Shown here: positions 22,101 through 35,589 of the stretch, piece after piece
Position numbering within the stretch: the first letter of the stretch is position 1
How the letters are laid out: every line of letters starts with the position of its first letter
Source: Heterodontus francisci
Taxonomy: Eukaryota
Length of the DNA: 64,000 nt
Direction: 5' to 3'
Assembly: GCF_036365525.1 (NCBI RefSeq)
Contig: NC_090404.1
Coordinates: 6,448,001 to 6,512,000 of the forward strand
Made by a program: the position numbers and the translations under genes
The notes under the pieces: model-generated
The model's database searches: none
Seen by the model: the letters and a program-made list of their open reading frames with translations, nothing else
What the model was told of the DNA's origin: nothing

Positions 22101-24290
22101 TTACAGACCAGTCAGTCTTACGTCTGTGGTGGGCAAATTATTGGAGAGGATTCTGAGAGACAGGATTTATGATTATTTGGAAAATCATAGTTTGATTAGA
22201 GATAGTCAGCATGGCTTTGTGAGGGGCAGGTCATGCCTCACAAGCCTTATTGAATTCTTTGAGGATGTGACAAAACACATTGATGAAGGAAGAGCAGTGG
22301 ATGTGGTGTATATGGATTATAGCAAGGCGTTTGATAAGGTTCCCCATGGTAGGCTCATTCAGAAAGTAAGGAGGCATGGGATACAGGGAAATTTGGCTGT
22401 CTGGATACAGAATTGGCTGGCCCAAGAAGGTGGTAGTAGATGGAAAGTATTCAGCCTGGAGCTCGGTGACCAGTGGTGTTCCGCAGGGATCTGTTCTGGG
22501 ACCTCTGCTCTTTGTGATTTTTATAAATGACTTGGATGAGGAAGTGGAAGGCTGGGTTAGTAAGTTTGCCGATGACACAAATGTTGCTGGAGTTGTGGAT
22601 AGTGTGGAGGGCTGTTGTAGGTTGCAACGGGACATTGACAGGATGCAGAGCTGGGCTGAGAAGTGGCAGATGGAGTTCAACCTGGAAAAGTGTGAAGTGA
22701 TTCATTTTGGAAGGTCGAATTTGAATGCAGAATACAGGCTTAAAGACAGGATTCTTGGCAGTGTGGAGGAACAAAGGGATCTTGGGGCCCACGTCCATAG
22801 ATCCCTCAAAGTTGCCACCCAAGTTGATAGGGTTGTTCAGAAGGCATATGGGGTGTTGGCTTTCATTAACAGGGGGATTGAGTTTAAGAGCTGCGAGGTT
22901 ATGCTGCAGCTCTATAAAGCCCTGGTTAGACCACACTTGGAATATTGTGTTCAGTTCTGGTCGCCTCATTATAGGAAGGATGTGGAAGCTTTAGAGAGGT
23001 TGCAGAGGAGATTTACCAGGATGCTGCCTGGACTGGAGGGCTTTTCTCATTGGAGCGAAGAAGGATGAGAGGTGACTTGATAGAGGGGTACAAGATGATG
23101 AGAGGCATAGATAGAGTGGATAGCCAGAGACTTTTTCCCAGGGCAGAAAGGGCTATCACCAGGGGGCATAATTTTAAGGTGATTGGAGGAAGGTTTAGGG
23201 GAGATGTCAGAGGTAGTTTCTTCACAGAGAGAGTGGTGGGTGCGTGGAATGCACTGCCAGCGGTGGTAGTAGAAGCAGATACATGAGGGACATTTAAGCG
23301 ACTCTTGGATAGGTACATGGATGATAGTAGAATGAAGGGTATGTCGGTAGTTTGATCTTAGAGTAGGTTAAAGGGTCGGCACAACATCGTGGGCCGAAGG
23401 GCCTGTACTGTGCTGTAATGTTCTATGATATTGTCGAATTTCAAAAGGACTTAGAGAAGTTAGGAGAATGGGCAGACAGGTGGCAGATGAAGTTCAATGC
23501 AGAGAAATGTGGATTCATTTTGGTAGAAAGAACATGGAATATAAAAGAAATGTACAATTCTAAAGTGGGTGCAGGAGCAGAGGGACCTGATTGTATTTAT
23601 GCATAAGTCATTAAAGATGGCAGGACAGGTTGAGAGATTCGTTAATAAAGCATAAAGTATCCTGGGCTTTATTAATAGGGCCATAGAGTACAAGAGCAAG
23701 GAAGTTATGTTGAACTTAATTAAGACACTCGTTCGGCCTCAGCTGCAGTGTTGCGTCCAGTTCTGGGTGCCGCACTTTAGGAAAGATGCAACGGCATTAG
23801 AAAGAGTACAGAAAAGTTTCATGAGAATTGTGCCAGGGATGAGGAACTTCAGTTATGAAGATAGATTGGAGAAGTTAGAACTGTTTTCCTTGGAGAAGAG
23901 AATGCTGAGAGGTGATTTGATAGAGATTATTCAAAATCATGTGGGGTCTGGTCAGAGTCAGTAGAGAGAAACTGTTCCTACTCGTGAAAGGATCGAGAAC
24001 GAGAGGACCCATTTAAAGTATTTGGTGAAAGAAACAAAAGTGACATGAGGAAAAACATTCATACAGCGAATGGTTAAGGTCTGGAATGTACTGCCTGAGA
24101 ATGTGGTGGAGGCAGGTTCAATTGAAGCAGTCAAAAGGGAATTAGACAGTTATATGAAAAGGAAGAATGTGCAGGGTTATGGGGAGAAGGCAGGAGAATG
24201 GAACTGAGTGAATTGCTGCTTTGGAGAACTGGTGCGGACATGATGGACAAATGGCCTGCTTCTGCACTGTAATAATTCTATGATTCTGAA
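19128..24290 (+). mobile_element. CR1 LINE (degenerate ORF2) carrying a nested CR1
   Basis: APE and RT motifs; flanked by a 22-bp duplication tctcctcctgtctga(t/g)ataaac at 19106-19127 and 24291-24312. Confidence 0.85.
21102..23426 (+). mobile_element. Younger CR1 nested in the RT region of the outer CR1
   Basis: Outer RT breaks after NSEEDS and resumes at VEFQKDLEKL; the inner element has its own APE/RT and tail; gatagtg/gatattg flanks. Confidence 0.85.
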
Positions 24291-24479
24291 TCTCCTCCTG
24301 TCTGAGATAAACCAACCCTGCAGGGTCAGGAAGAATAAAGTCAACTCGTTACTTGGATTGGATTTCTCCATCCCAGACGAAGGGGACTGCTGTACCTGAC
24401 GGGAGGGACAATATCTTTGGACTCCTGATTCTCCGTCAATTCCCATTCCCCTTCTTTCTGGTGTATAATGGAGGTGCCG

Positions 24480-26975
24480 CTATGAGCAATGTGCAAGTTA
24501 GAAAGAATTGTCAACAAGGATTGATCAGCACGTTCTAACTGGAGGGATCAGATGGGGAAGAATGTGTTAAGTGTGTCCAGGATAGTTTTCTGAAGCTGTA
24601 TGTGCATGGCCCTACGAGAGAAGGGGCTACACTCGACCTCCTCTTAGGAACTGAAGCTGGGCAGGTGGTGGAAGTGTCAGTGGGGGAGCACTTTGGGACC
24701 AGTGACCATAAATCTATGCGCTTCAAGATTGTTATGGAAAAGGATAGAACTGGTCCTCATTTTGAAGTCCGAAATTGGGGGAAGGTTAATTTCGATCGCA
24801 TCAGGCAGGAACTCTCAAGTTGAATAGGAGAGGCTGTTTACAGGTAAAGAGATGTTTGGCAAGTGGGAGGCTTTTAAAAGTGAGATAGGAAGAGTTCAGG
24901 GCCGGCATGTTCCTGTTAGATGGAAGGGCAAGGCTGGCAAGTTTAGGGAACCTTGGTTGACAAGGGATATTGAGGGTCTGGTCAGGACAAAGAAGGAGGC
25001 ATATGTCAGATATAGGCAGCTGGGATCAAGCGAGTCCCTTGAGGAGTATAGTGGATGTAGGACTACACTTAAGAAGGAAATTAGGGGGGCGAAAAGGGGC
25101 CATGAGATTTCCCTGACAGATAAGATAAAGGAGAAACCTAAAAGATTCGATCGGTATATTAAGAGTAAAAGGGTAGCTAGGGAGAGAGTAGGTCCCCTTA
25201 AGGATCAGTGTGGTAATCTTCTATGTGTGGAGCCACATGTGGAAATGGGTGAGGTCTTAAATGGATATTTCTTGTCTGTATTTACCATGGAGAAGGACAT
25301 GGAAGCTTGTGAGTGCAAGGGAGGGAACAGTGATATCATGGAGCATATCAACATTACAAAGGAAGAGGTGTTGGAGGTTTTGAAGCGCATTAAGGTGGAT
25401 TAATCCCCAGGGCCTGACCAGGTGTATCCTAGGATACTATGGGAAGCAAGGAAGGAGATTGCTGGGGCCCTGGCAGAGATTTTAGTATCATCATTAGCCA
25501 CGGATGAGGTACCAGAAGACTGGAGAATAGAATAGCTAATGTTGTGCCTTTATTTAAGAAGGGCAGCAGGGATAAGCCAAGGAACTACATGCCGGTGAGC
25601 CTTACATCAGTGGTGGGAAAGTTATTGGAAGGGATTCTGAGAGACAGGATTTATATGCATCTGGAAAGGCATGGTCTGATTAGGGACAGTCAGCATGGCT
25701 TTGTGCATGGGAAATCATGTCTCACGAATTTGATTGAGTTTTTCGAGGAAGTGACCAAGAGGATTGATGAGGGCAGGGAGATGGACATTGTCTACATGCA
25801 CTTTAGCAAGGCCTTTGACAAGGTCCCGCATGGTAGGCTGGTGCAGAAGGTTTGAACACATGGGATCTAGGGTGAGCTGGCCAATTGGATACAAAATTGG
25901 CTTGGTGATTGGAGGCAGAGGGTGGTAGTGGAGGGTTGTTTTTCAGATTGGAGGCTGGTGACCAGTGGTCTGCTGCAGGGATCGGTGCTGGGCCCTCTGC
26001 TGTTTGTCATATATATTAATGACTTGGATGTGAATGTAGGGGGCATGATTGGTAAGTTTGCAGATGACACCAAAATTGGTGGTATAGTGGACAGTGAAGA
26101 AGGTTGTCTAAGGTTACAACAGGATATAGATCAACTGGGAAAGTGGGCAAGGGATTGGAAAATGGAATTTAATGCAGACGAGTGCGAAGTGATGCATTTT
26201 GGGAAGTTAAACAAGGGCAGGACGGACACAGTGAATGGCAGGGCCCTGGGGAGTGTTGTTGAGCAGAGAGACCTTGGGGTGAAAGTACATAGTTCCCTGA
26301 AAGTGGCAACACAGGTAGACAGGGTGATGAAGAAGGCGTATGGCATGCTTGCCTTCAGCAGCCGAGGCATTAAGCACAAGAGTTGGGACATCATGTTACA
26401 GTTGTACATAATGTTGGCTAGGCCGCATTTGGAGTACTGTGTGCAGTTCTGGTCGCTGCATTACAGGAAAGATGTGATTAAGCTAGAGAGGGTGCAGAAA
26501 AGATTCACAAGGATGTTGCTTGGTTTGGAGGGCTTGAGTTATAAATAGAGATTGGATAGACTGGGTCTGTTTTCCCTGGAGCGAAGGAGGCTGAGAGGAG
26601 ACATGATAGAGGTATTTAAATTATGAGAGGCATAGATAGGGTAGATAGCCAGAGTCTGTTTCCCATGGTAGGGGTGACTAAAACTAGAGGGTATAGATTT
26701 AAAGTGAGATGGAGGAGGTTTAAAGGGGATCAAAGGGGTAAATCTTTCACACAAAGAATAGTGGGTATCTGGAATGAGCTGCCAGGGGAGGTGGTGGAGG
26801 CAGGAACAGTAGCAACATTTAAGAGGCATCTGAAAAGGTACTTGAATGAGCAAGGCATAGAGGGATATGGAATTAATGCAGGCAGGTGGGATTAGTATAG
26901 ATAGGCATTATGGTTGGCATGGACGCGGTGGGCCGAAGGGCCTGTTTCTATGCTGTACAACTCTATGACTCTATG
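24480..26975 (+). mobile_element. 5'-truncated CR1 LINE
   Basis: EHFGTSDH, NYMPVSLTSVVGK, KFADDTK; (actctatg) tail. Confidence 0.9.
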
Positions 26976-27049
26976 TTAATCAGTGAAACGTTTCAGACAC
27001 TGAATTGTAGATTTTCTACCAGATCCCTATTTAGGATTGAAGTCAGACT

Positions 27050-27837
27050 TCATAATATTGTTATAAACTGATTTGTGATGAGAATTCTGAATTTCTGAAT
27101 TCATGGGAATGATCACAGACTGCTGCCCTTATAAGGACACTGCAGCCCCGAGATCACAGTCAGCTATATGTGCAGAATTGTAAACTCCAGCCCAGTTATA
27201 TGGTTAATATCAGCTGAAACAAACCCCATCTGTCAGAATGAACATGAATCCATCTGTGATTAACAGCAACAATAACAGCAGAATCCAACTCCTGCAGTCA
27301 CTTGTGAACTTGCTAGCGTGTCAGCAGGTGGGATGACTGAGTGAATCCCGTCTCACACACTGAACGGGTGAACGGCCTCTCCCGAGTGTGAATTCGCTGA
27401 TGTGTCAGAAGGTTGGATGAAGTTGTGAACCTATTATCACACACGGAGCAGACGAATTCCTTCCCACAAACAGAGCAGGTGAATGGCTTCTTCCCAGTGT
27501 GACTGTGTCGATGATTTCCAGCAGGGATGTGTAATTGAATCTCTTCCCACAGTCCCTGCATTTACATGATTTGTCTGTGGTTCTGGTGTCCTTGTGTCTC
27601 ACTAAGTTGGATGTCAGTTCAAGTCTCGTCCAGACACAGAATACCTGTACTTCCCCGGCCACCCCCCACTGTTAACAGTGCAATGCTTTTTCAGGGTGTG
27701 TAATTGCTCAAAATATTTCTCCTTCCGTATTCAAAGACTGATGATATTCAGATCCTGATGATATGAGTGAATTTGTCCTATCTTGACATGATGTTTGGTT
27801 TGAGTTTCCTGTCTGGAAATCCTCCCCTTCGAATTCT
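27050..27837 (-). pseudogene. C2H2 zinc-finger pseudogene
   Basis: [14 protein letters not shown] and [21 protein letters not shown] in shifted frames; conserved ccttttacAG acceptor at 27838-27847; cluster-type 3'UTR. Confidence 0.85.
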
Positions 27838-28109
27838 CTGTAAAAGGAGTTTACAAAAGTTATCACTAGGTTCAGGACAGAAATTCTGAACAGACAATTC
27901 TAATCTCTATGGGACATTTTTTTCCTGTCTTGTTCCCCCAAAGCTGTAAATCCCCGTCCCACACACCCTCCTCCCTGTGCTGAAATCCAAACCCATTGCA
28001 CCATCTCTTTCGTCCACTACTAGTTTTCTCCCTCCCTCTACTCTGACTGGGTTCAGTTCTCCAGCCCCTGTGTTGCAGAGTGAGAATCAAATCAATGAGT
28101 CGATGATTT

Positions 28110-28380
28110 TCTCTCCTGGTCACCGGGACCCTGAAGTCCCGCCCACTCCGTGTCGTCACCAAGATGGTCGCGCATGCGCTCTGTTCCCCTCAAGCAAGAT
28201 GGTGGCTGTTTAACCGGACCTGTTCCTGGATAAAAGACCCGGAGCTGCAAACGCGGGACCTGGAGGTTCTTATTGGGGGGGGTTTGCGGCCCACACCAAG
28301 TGTTTTTTTTGAAGCCTCCCCTGCGCCCCACCGATTGCAAGATTGTCTTCAGCACTCGCACAGCTCTGATCAAAGTGAAA
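28110..28380 (-). promoter_or_regulatory. CpG promoter module of the minus-strand ZNF unit
   Basis: cccgccc, caagatgg twice (YY1-like), gcgcatgcgc (NRF1 consensus), gatcaaag. Confidence 0.65.
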
Positions 28381-28470
28381 TTAAAACAGAAACTGGTGGA
28401 AATACTCGGCAGGTTTGGCAACATCTGTGGAGAGAAATAGAGTTAGCATTTCAGGTCAGTGACCCTTCAT
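28380..28470 (-). mobile_element. Penelope-like terminal-repeat fragment
   Basis: Reverse complement tgaagggtcactgacctgaaa...ctctccacagatg matches 29625-29720 and 35912-36040. Confidence 0.55.
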
Positions 28471-28717
28471 TTATTACCCTGTCTCTAGTCGCCCCTTGAG
28501 AAGGTGCTGGTGGTGGGTGGTCGCCTCCTTGAACCGGTTTCATACGACTGAGTGGCTTGTTCGGCCCTTCAGGGGCAGTTGATAGTCACCCATGTTAGTG
28601 TAAGACTTCAGACACATATACAGGTCCAGACCGGGTAAGGACAGCAGGTTTCCATCCCTCAAGGGGCATAAATTAACCAATTTTATGCCAGTTGTGAACA
28701 AGTGGACTATCCGGTCC

Positions 28718-29524
28718 TTTATTTTATTTTTTTTTCCAAAATATACTTTATTCATAAAAATCTGTAAAAATTACATTGCCAAACAGTTTCCAAACAGCAC
28801 CAAAAAATACAAACATTGCAAGGGAGATCAGTTTCCTTCAATACTGTCATGAGTTTCTTCCCAACCCTTCCGTTTCTCAATTGTCATGTCAATTACAGTT
28901 TTACATTTACAGCAATTCAGAATATTAACGATACAGTTCGAGGGGTTTCCCATGGTTCCAGCCCCTCAGTCTAGCTTGGTGGGGGAACCTTACACTGTGG
29001 TCTTTCCCCATTGAGCCTTTGCTGCGGCTGCCCCAAGCTTTAGTGCGTCCCTCAGCACGTAGTCCTGGACCTTGGAATGTGCCAGTCTGCAACATTCGGT
29101 GGTGGACAACTCTTTGCGCTGGAAGACCAGCAAGTTTCGGGCAGACCAAAGGGCGTCTTTCACCGAATTGATAGTCCTCCAGCAGCAGTTGATGTTTGTC
29201 TCGGTGTGCGTCCCTGGGAACAGCCCGTAGAGCACAGACTCCTGTGTTACAGAGCTGCTTGGGATGAACCTTGACAAAAACCACTGCATCTCTTTCCACA
29301 CCTGCTTTGCAAAGGCACATTCCAGGAGGAGGTGGGCGACCGTCTCTTCCCCACCACAGCCAACGCGGGGGCACTGTGCGGAGGGGGCGAGACTTCGGGT
29401 GTGCATGAAGGATCTGACGGGGAGGGCCCTTCTCACCACCAGCCAAGCTACGTCTTGGTGCTTGTTTGAAAGTTCTGGTGATGAGGCATTCCGCCAAATG
29501 ACTTTGACGGTCTGCTCGGGGAAC
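28718..29524 (-). mobile_element. 5'-truncated copy of the Tx1 element
   Basis: Nearly identical to 10575-11371; the ORF2 C-terminal peptide is identical from FPEQTVKV to GKTTV. Confidence 0.95.
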
Positions 29525-29757
29525 TTTATGGACCTACACCTATCCACACCTTCTCCTTTGTTATCTTTTGCCCCACCCCCACATTACTTGCTTATAACCT
29601 TTTAAATTTCTAATATTTGCCAGTTGTGAAGAAGGGTCACTGACCTGAAACGTTAACTCTGTTTCTCGCTCCATAGATGCTGCCAGACCGGCTGAGTATT
29701 TCCAGCATTTGTTTTTATTTCAGATTTCCAGCATCCACAGTATTTTGCTTTTATTAT
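29525..29757 (+). mobile_element. Penelope-like terminal-repeat fragment with decayed minimal hammerhead motif
   Basis: agtt-gtgaaga-agggtcactgacct-gaaacgtt-aact at 29622-29658. Confidence 0.55.
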
Positions 29758-32700
29758 AGGTTTGATGTTCTTGCAGCTTGTGTAGACGAGAGCAGGGAAT
29801 GCAGGGAGGATGAGCAAACTGACCACGGCACCGTGCTGCAGGGACCATTCAAGTTGGTGGAATAAAAGCGAATGTAGTTGTAGTTGGGGACAGTATAGTT
29901 AGGGGGAGCAATAGTGTTCTTTGCAGCTGAGAGCATGAGTCCTAAAGGCTGTGTTGCCTGCTCAGTACAGGGGTTAAGGACAGCTCCTTGGGGCTGGAAA
30001 GGAACTTGGAGGGGGAGGATCCAATTGTCGTGGTCCATGTGGGTACCAACGACATAGCTAGGACTAAGAAAGAGGTTCTGCTGAGGGATTATGAGCAGCT
30101 AGGGGCTAAATTAAAATGCAGAATCACAAAACTTTCCGTGAGCAAAGTACCTTAGGGTAAATAAGATCAGAGAGTGAATGCGTGGCTCAGAGATTGCTGT
30201 GGGAGAAATGGGTTTCAATTCATGGGTCGCTAGCACCAGTACTGGGGAAAGAGGGAGCTGTACCATTGGGACGGTCTTCACCTAAACTGTGCTGGGCTGA
30301 TGTCTTGATCAGTTGTATAACTCGGTCTGTAGAGAGGGCTTTAAACTAAATAGGTTGGGTGAGGTGGGGGGTGTAGTGAGGCTCCACGTGAGGGGAGATT
30401 TGAAAAGTGAAAGAGAAAGGACAAGGCTATAGTGCCGGGTAGTGAGACGGGTAATAGTAACCAGAGTGTGACCGGAAGGGACAGAGCGTAGAAACATCAG
30501 AGTGTACCAGCAAATATGGTCAGAGTTGGAAAAATTAATGGAGGGTTCGGGTGACGGGAGATTTAGAAATCCAAAGATAAAAGTTGAAGAAATAGAAAAG
30601 TATATTGACTCCCAAATAGTGATAGTTGAAGAACAAATATGTCGGCAAATTTCTGAATGCAAACACAGTAGGATAATAATAATTGGTGATTTCAACTATC
30701 CTAATATCAACTGGGATACAATGTGTGAAGGGCACAGAGGGTACAAAATTCTTGAACTGCATTCAAGAGAACTTTTTTTATCCAAGAGGTAACAAGCCCA
30801 ATGAGAGGGGGTGCAATTTGAGATTTAGTCTTAGGAAATGAAGCTGGGCAAGTGGATGAAGTAGCAGTGGGTGACCATTTTGGAGATAGTGACCATAATA
30901 CACTTAGATTTAGCATTATTATGGAAAAGGACAAAGATAGAACAGGAGTAAAAGTTCTAAACTGGGCGGGGGGAAGACAAATTTTACAAAGCTGCGAGGT
31001 GATCTGGCGAAAGTAGACTGGATACAGCTACTTGAAGGAAAATCGATGGCAAACCAGAGGGAGGCATTTAAAAGTGAGATTCTACAGGCACAGTGTAGAC
31101 AAGTCCCCACAAAAAAAAAGGGTGGTACTGCCAAATCTAGAGCCCGCTGGTTATCTAGAAACATATGGAGTAAGATAAAGCAGAAAAAGAAAGCTTGTGA
31201 CAGTCACAAAAAACTTAATAATTTAGAAAGCCTGGAGGAGTATGGAAAGTGCAGGGGTGAAGTAAAAAAGGAAATTAGGAAAGCAAAGAGAGGACATGAA
31301 AAAATATTGGCAGGTAAAATCAAGGAAAACCCAAAGATGTTTTATCAGTACATTAAGAGCAAGGGGATAACTCAGGAAAGGGTAGGGCTTAACAGAGATG
31401 TACAAGGGAACTTATGCTTGGATGCAATGATGTGGGCAGGGTTCTTTAATGAGTGCTTTGTCTTTGTCTTCACAAAGAAGCAATGTGATACAGACATTGC
31501 ATAATGAGGGAGGAAGTGCTGGAGAGTCTGACATCCTTGAAAGTGGATAAATCATCAGGCCGGATGGATTGTATCCCAGGTTGTTAAAGGAAGCTAGGGA
31601 GGAAATAGCAGATGCATTGAGGATCATCTTCAAATCCTCACTGGATTTGGGTGAGGTGCCAGAGGATTGGAGGTCTGCAAATATTGTACTATTGTTTAAA
31701 AGGGGTACAAGGGATATTAGGCCAAATAATTATAGGCCGGTCAGGCTGACCTTGGTGGTGGGCACATTATTAGAATCAATTCTGAAAGATAGGATAAACT
31801 ATCACTTAGAAAGTCACGGATTAATCAGGGATAGTCAGCATGGATTTGTTAAGGGAAGGTTGTGTCTTACTATCTGAACTGAATTTTTTGAGGAAGTAAC
31901 AAGTAGGATTGATCAGGGTAGTGCAGTGGATGTGGTCTACATGGATTTTAGTAAGGCACTTGATCAGGTCCCACGTGGCAGACTGGTCAGAAAAGTAAAA
32001 GCCCATGATACAGGGGAAGATTGGATTGGGTGGCTAGTTTTTTTTTCAGCCAGTGCAGACAGGATGGGCTGAATGGCCTCTTTCTGTGCTGTAACTTTTC
32101 CATGGTTCTATCGAAGTGGGTAAAGACAACCTGAGTAGGACAGGAAGGGACAGAGAGTTTGACGGTAATATTGCATCAGAGAGTAAGGTCCATGTAGGAG
32201 ATAATAAAACATAAAGTTGAAGTCACTTTATCTGAATGTGCGGAGCATCTGCAATAAAATAGATGAACTAGTGGCGTATGTAAAGGTAAATGGTTTAGAT
32301 CTAATCACCGTTACATAGACATGGTTATAAGGTGATCGAGATTGGGAAATAAATATTCCGGGGTACACAATATTTCAAACAGGCAGGCAGAATGGAAAAG
32401 GAGGAGGAGTCGCCCTGAGTGGCTCAGAAAATCAGGAAGTAGAATCAGTCTGGGTGGAGATTAGGAATAGCAAAGGTCAGAAAATGCTGGTGGGAATAGT
32501 TTATAGGCTCCTCACCAGTAATTATATTGTTGGACAGAGTATTAAACAAGAAATTCTTGGAGCTTGTAACAAAAGCAATGTACTGATTTTGCTGACTTAA
32601 TTTTCATATGAACTGGACCAATCAAATTGACAAAGGTGGACTGGGAGATGAGTTTGTAAGGTGCTTTTGTGACCGTTTCCTGGGCAGCACAGTTGCGCAG

Positions 32701-33420
32701 TGGTTAGCACCGCAGCCTCACAGCTCCAGCGACCCGGGTTCAATTCTGCCTGCGTGCAGTTTGCAAGTTCTCCCTGTGTTTGCGTGGGTTTCCTCCGGGT
32801 GCTCCGGTTTCCTCCCACATGCCAAAGACTTGCTGGTTGATAGGTTAATTGGCCATTATAAATTGCCCCTAGTATCGGTAGGTGGTAGAGAAATTTTGGG
32901 GACAGGTGGGGATGTGGTAGGAATATGGAATTAGTGTAGGATTAGTATAAATGGGTGGTTGATGGTTGGCACAGACTCGGTGGGCTGAAGGGCCTGTTTC
33001 AGTGCTGTATCTCTAAACTAAACTAAATATGCTGTGGAACCAACTACAGATAGTTACCTTTGATCTAGTATTGTGTAATGGAACAGGATTAAATAGTAAT
33101 GTCAAAGTAAAGGATCCACCGACAAACAGTGATAATGGTACAATTGAATTCTACTTTAAGTTTGAAAACAACATACTCCACAAACAAAAATCTTAAACTT
33201 AAACAAAGCCAATTAACTAGGTATAAGGGATAGCTGGCTAACATTTATTGGGTAAATAGACTAAAATGTAATGGTGGAAAATATACTTGGGAAACATTGA
33301 AAGAAGTGATTCGAAATGTTCAACAAAAATACATTCCATTGAAAAACAAAAACTCAGTGAGAAAGATCCATCCATGTCTTATTAAGGAGGTTGACGATGG
33401 GATGAGACTAAAAGAAGATT
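29758..33420 (+). mobile_element. Degenerate CR1 (ORF1 esterase to APE) with a nested CR1 fragment at ~30610-32114
   Basis: VVGDSIVRG, VHVGTND; collinear with 56884-58990, which lacks the 30610-32114 insert. Confidence 0.8.
32682..33027 (+). mobile_element. tRNA-derived V-SINE (HE1-like)
   Basis: A/B-box head, V-domain ggtttcctccgggtgctccggtttcctcccaca, CR1-type tail ctctaaactaaactaaa. Confidence 0.85.
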
Positions 33421-33544
33421 GTGTAACAAGATAGGATGAATTAATGACCTCATGGTGAAGGTGCCCCTCGGCCGCAGCAATCATAATGATTGAATTTTAC
33501 ATTCAGTTTGAGGGCGAGAAGAGTGGGTCTAAGACTAGTATTTT

Positions 33545-35320
33545 AACCTACGAATTAGGAGCAGGAGTCGGCCACTCAGCCCCTCGAGCCTGCTCTGTCA
33601 TTCAATAAGATCATGGCTGATCAGATTGTAATCTCGACTCCACATTCCCGCCTACCCCCGATACCCTTTCACTCCCTTGCTTATCAAGAATCTATCTACC
33701 TCAAAAATATTTAAAGACTCTGCTTCCAGTGCCTTTTGAGGAAGAGAGTTCCAAAGACTCTCAACCCTCAGAGAAATAAATTCTCCTCATTTCTGTCTTA
33801 AATGGGTGACCCCTTATTTTTAAATAGTGACCCCTAGTTCTAGATTCTCCCACAAGGGGAAACATCCTTTCCATATCTACCCTGTCAAGACCCCTCAGGA
33901 TCTTATATGTTTCAATCAAGTTGCCTGTTACTCTTCTAAACTCCAGCGCATACAAGCCTAACCTGTCCAACCTTTCCTCATGCGACAACCCACCCATTCC
34001 AGGTATTAGTCCAGTAAACCTCCTCTGAACTGCTTCCAACGCATTTACATCCTTCCTTAAATAAGAAGACCAATACTGTACACAGTACTCCAGATGTGGT
34101 CTCACCAATGCCTTGTCTAACTGTAGCATAACCTCCCTACTTTTGTATCCGATTCTCCTCGCAATAAACAAAAACATTCTATTAGCTTTCCTAATTACTT
34201 GCTGAACCTGCATATTAACTTTTGCGATTCAGGACACCGCCAGATCCCTCTGCATCCTCTCACCATTTAGATTATATGCTTTTTTATTCTTCCTGCCAAA
34301 ATGGACAATTTCACATTTTTCCACATAATACTCCATTTGCCAGATCTTTGGCCACTCACATACCTATCTATATCCCTTTGTAGCCTCCTTATGTCCTCCT
34401 CACAACTTACCTTCCTATCTTTGTGTCATCAGCAAATTTTGCAACCATACCTTCGGTCCCTTCATCCAACCCATTTAAGCTTACTCTCTGTTTCCTGTTA
34501 GCTAACCAAACTTCTATCCATGCCATTCTTACACCATGAGCTTTTATTTTCCACAATAACCTTTGATGATCAGGTGAAGACAATCCAATGGTACAGCTCC
34601 CTCTTTCCACAGCACTGGTGCCAGTGTCCCATGAATCGAAATCCTTTTCTCCAACACCAATCTTTGAGCCATGCATTTAACTCTCTAATCTTATTTACCC
34701 AAAGCCAATTTGCTTGTGGTCGGGAATAATGCAGGATTATTACCTTTGAGGCTCTGCTTTTTAATTTAGTCCCTCGCTGTTCATACTGTCTAAACAGAAC
34801 CTCCTTCCTAGTCCTACCTGTGTTGTTGGTACCTACATGGACCATGGCAACTGGATCCTTCCCCTCCCACTGCAAGTTTCTCTCCAGCCAGAGCAGATGT
34901 CCCGAACCCTGGCACCAGGCAGGCAACACAGCCTTCTGGACTCATGCCCTCTTCTACAGAGAACAGCATCCATCACCCTAGCAATACTGTCCCCTACTAC
35001 CATTACATTTCTTTTTGCTCCACCTCTTGAATGGCTCCTGTACCATGGTCAGTTCACTCATCCACCCTGCAACCCCTGCTCTTGTCCATACAGGCTGCAA
35101 GAAGTTCAAACCTGTTGGACAATTGCAAGGGCTGAGGCTTCTCCACTTATACCTGCCCGAACCCTATACCTGTCTTGCTCGCAGTCACATCCTCCTGTCC
35201 CTGACCATGGACCAAGTCAGATAATTCTATCCTAAGGGGTGTGACTGCCTTCTGGAACAAAGTGTTCAGGCAACTTTCCCCCTCCCTGGTGTGTGGCAGT
35301 GCCTGCAGCTCGGCCTCCAG
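33545..35320 (-). mobile_element. Internally deleted CR1 (ORF1 esterase and RT 3' end)
   Basis: VHVGTNN, AKFADDTK, HLEYCVQYWS; tail at 33550. Confidence 0.8.
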
Positions 35321-35589
35321 CTAAATAAACAATGGGGGGTTTCAACTACCTGGATATTAATTGGACAGAAAAATGTAGGTAATGGGGATAAAGTAATGGA
35401 GTTCCTACAATGTGGACAGGACTCCTTTCTATCCCAATATATAAAAAAAAACCCATCAAGGGAAGATTCACTATTGGATCTAGTAATGGGGAATAAACCA
35501 GAGCAGATGAGAAGTAAAATTAGGCGAACATCTAGGCAATAGTGACCATAATATAATGCATTTTAAGATGATGAGAGAGAAGGACGCAG

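Noticed and set aside
27872-28162. Conserved N-terminal effector domain (GVWDxDLQL) shared with ORF 39671-40162
   Set aside because: Peptide similarity is limited to a short stretch and frames differ around it; it looks like conserved non-coding sequence upstream of the acceptor
32682-32770. tRNA genes at 32682, 48170, 53741 and 55453
   Set aside because: A/B boxes run into SINE cores and LINE tails; no complete cloverleaf
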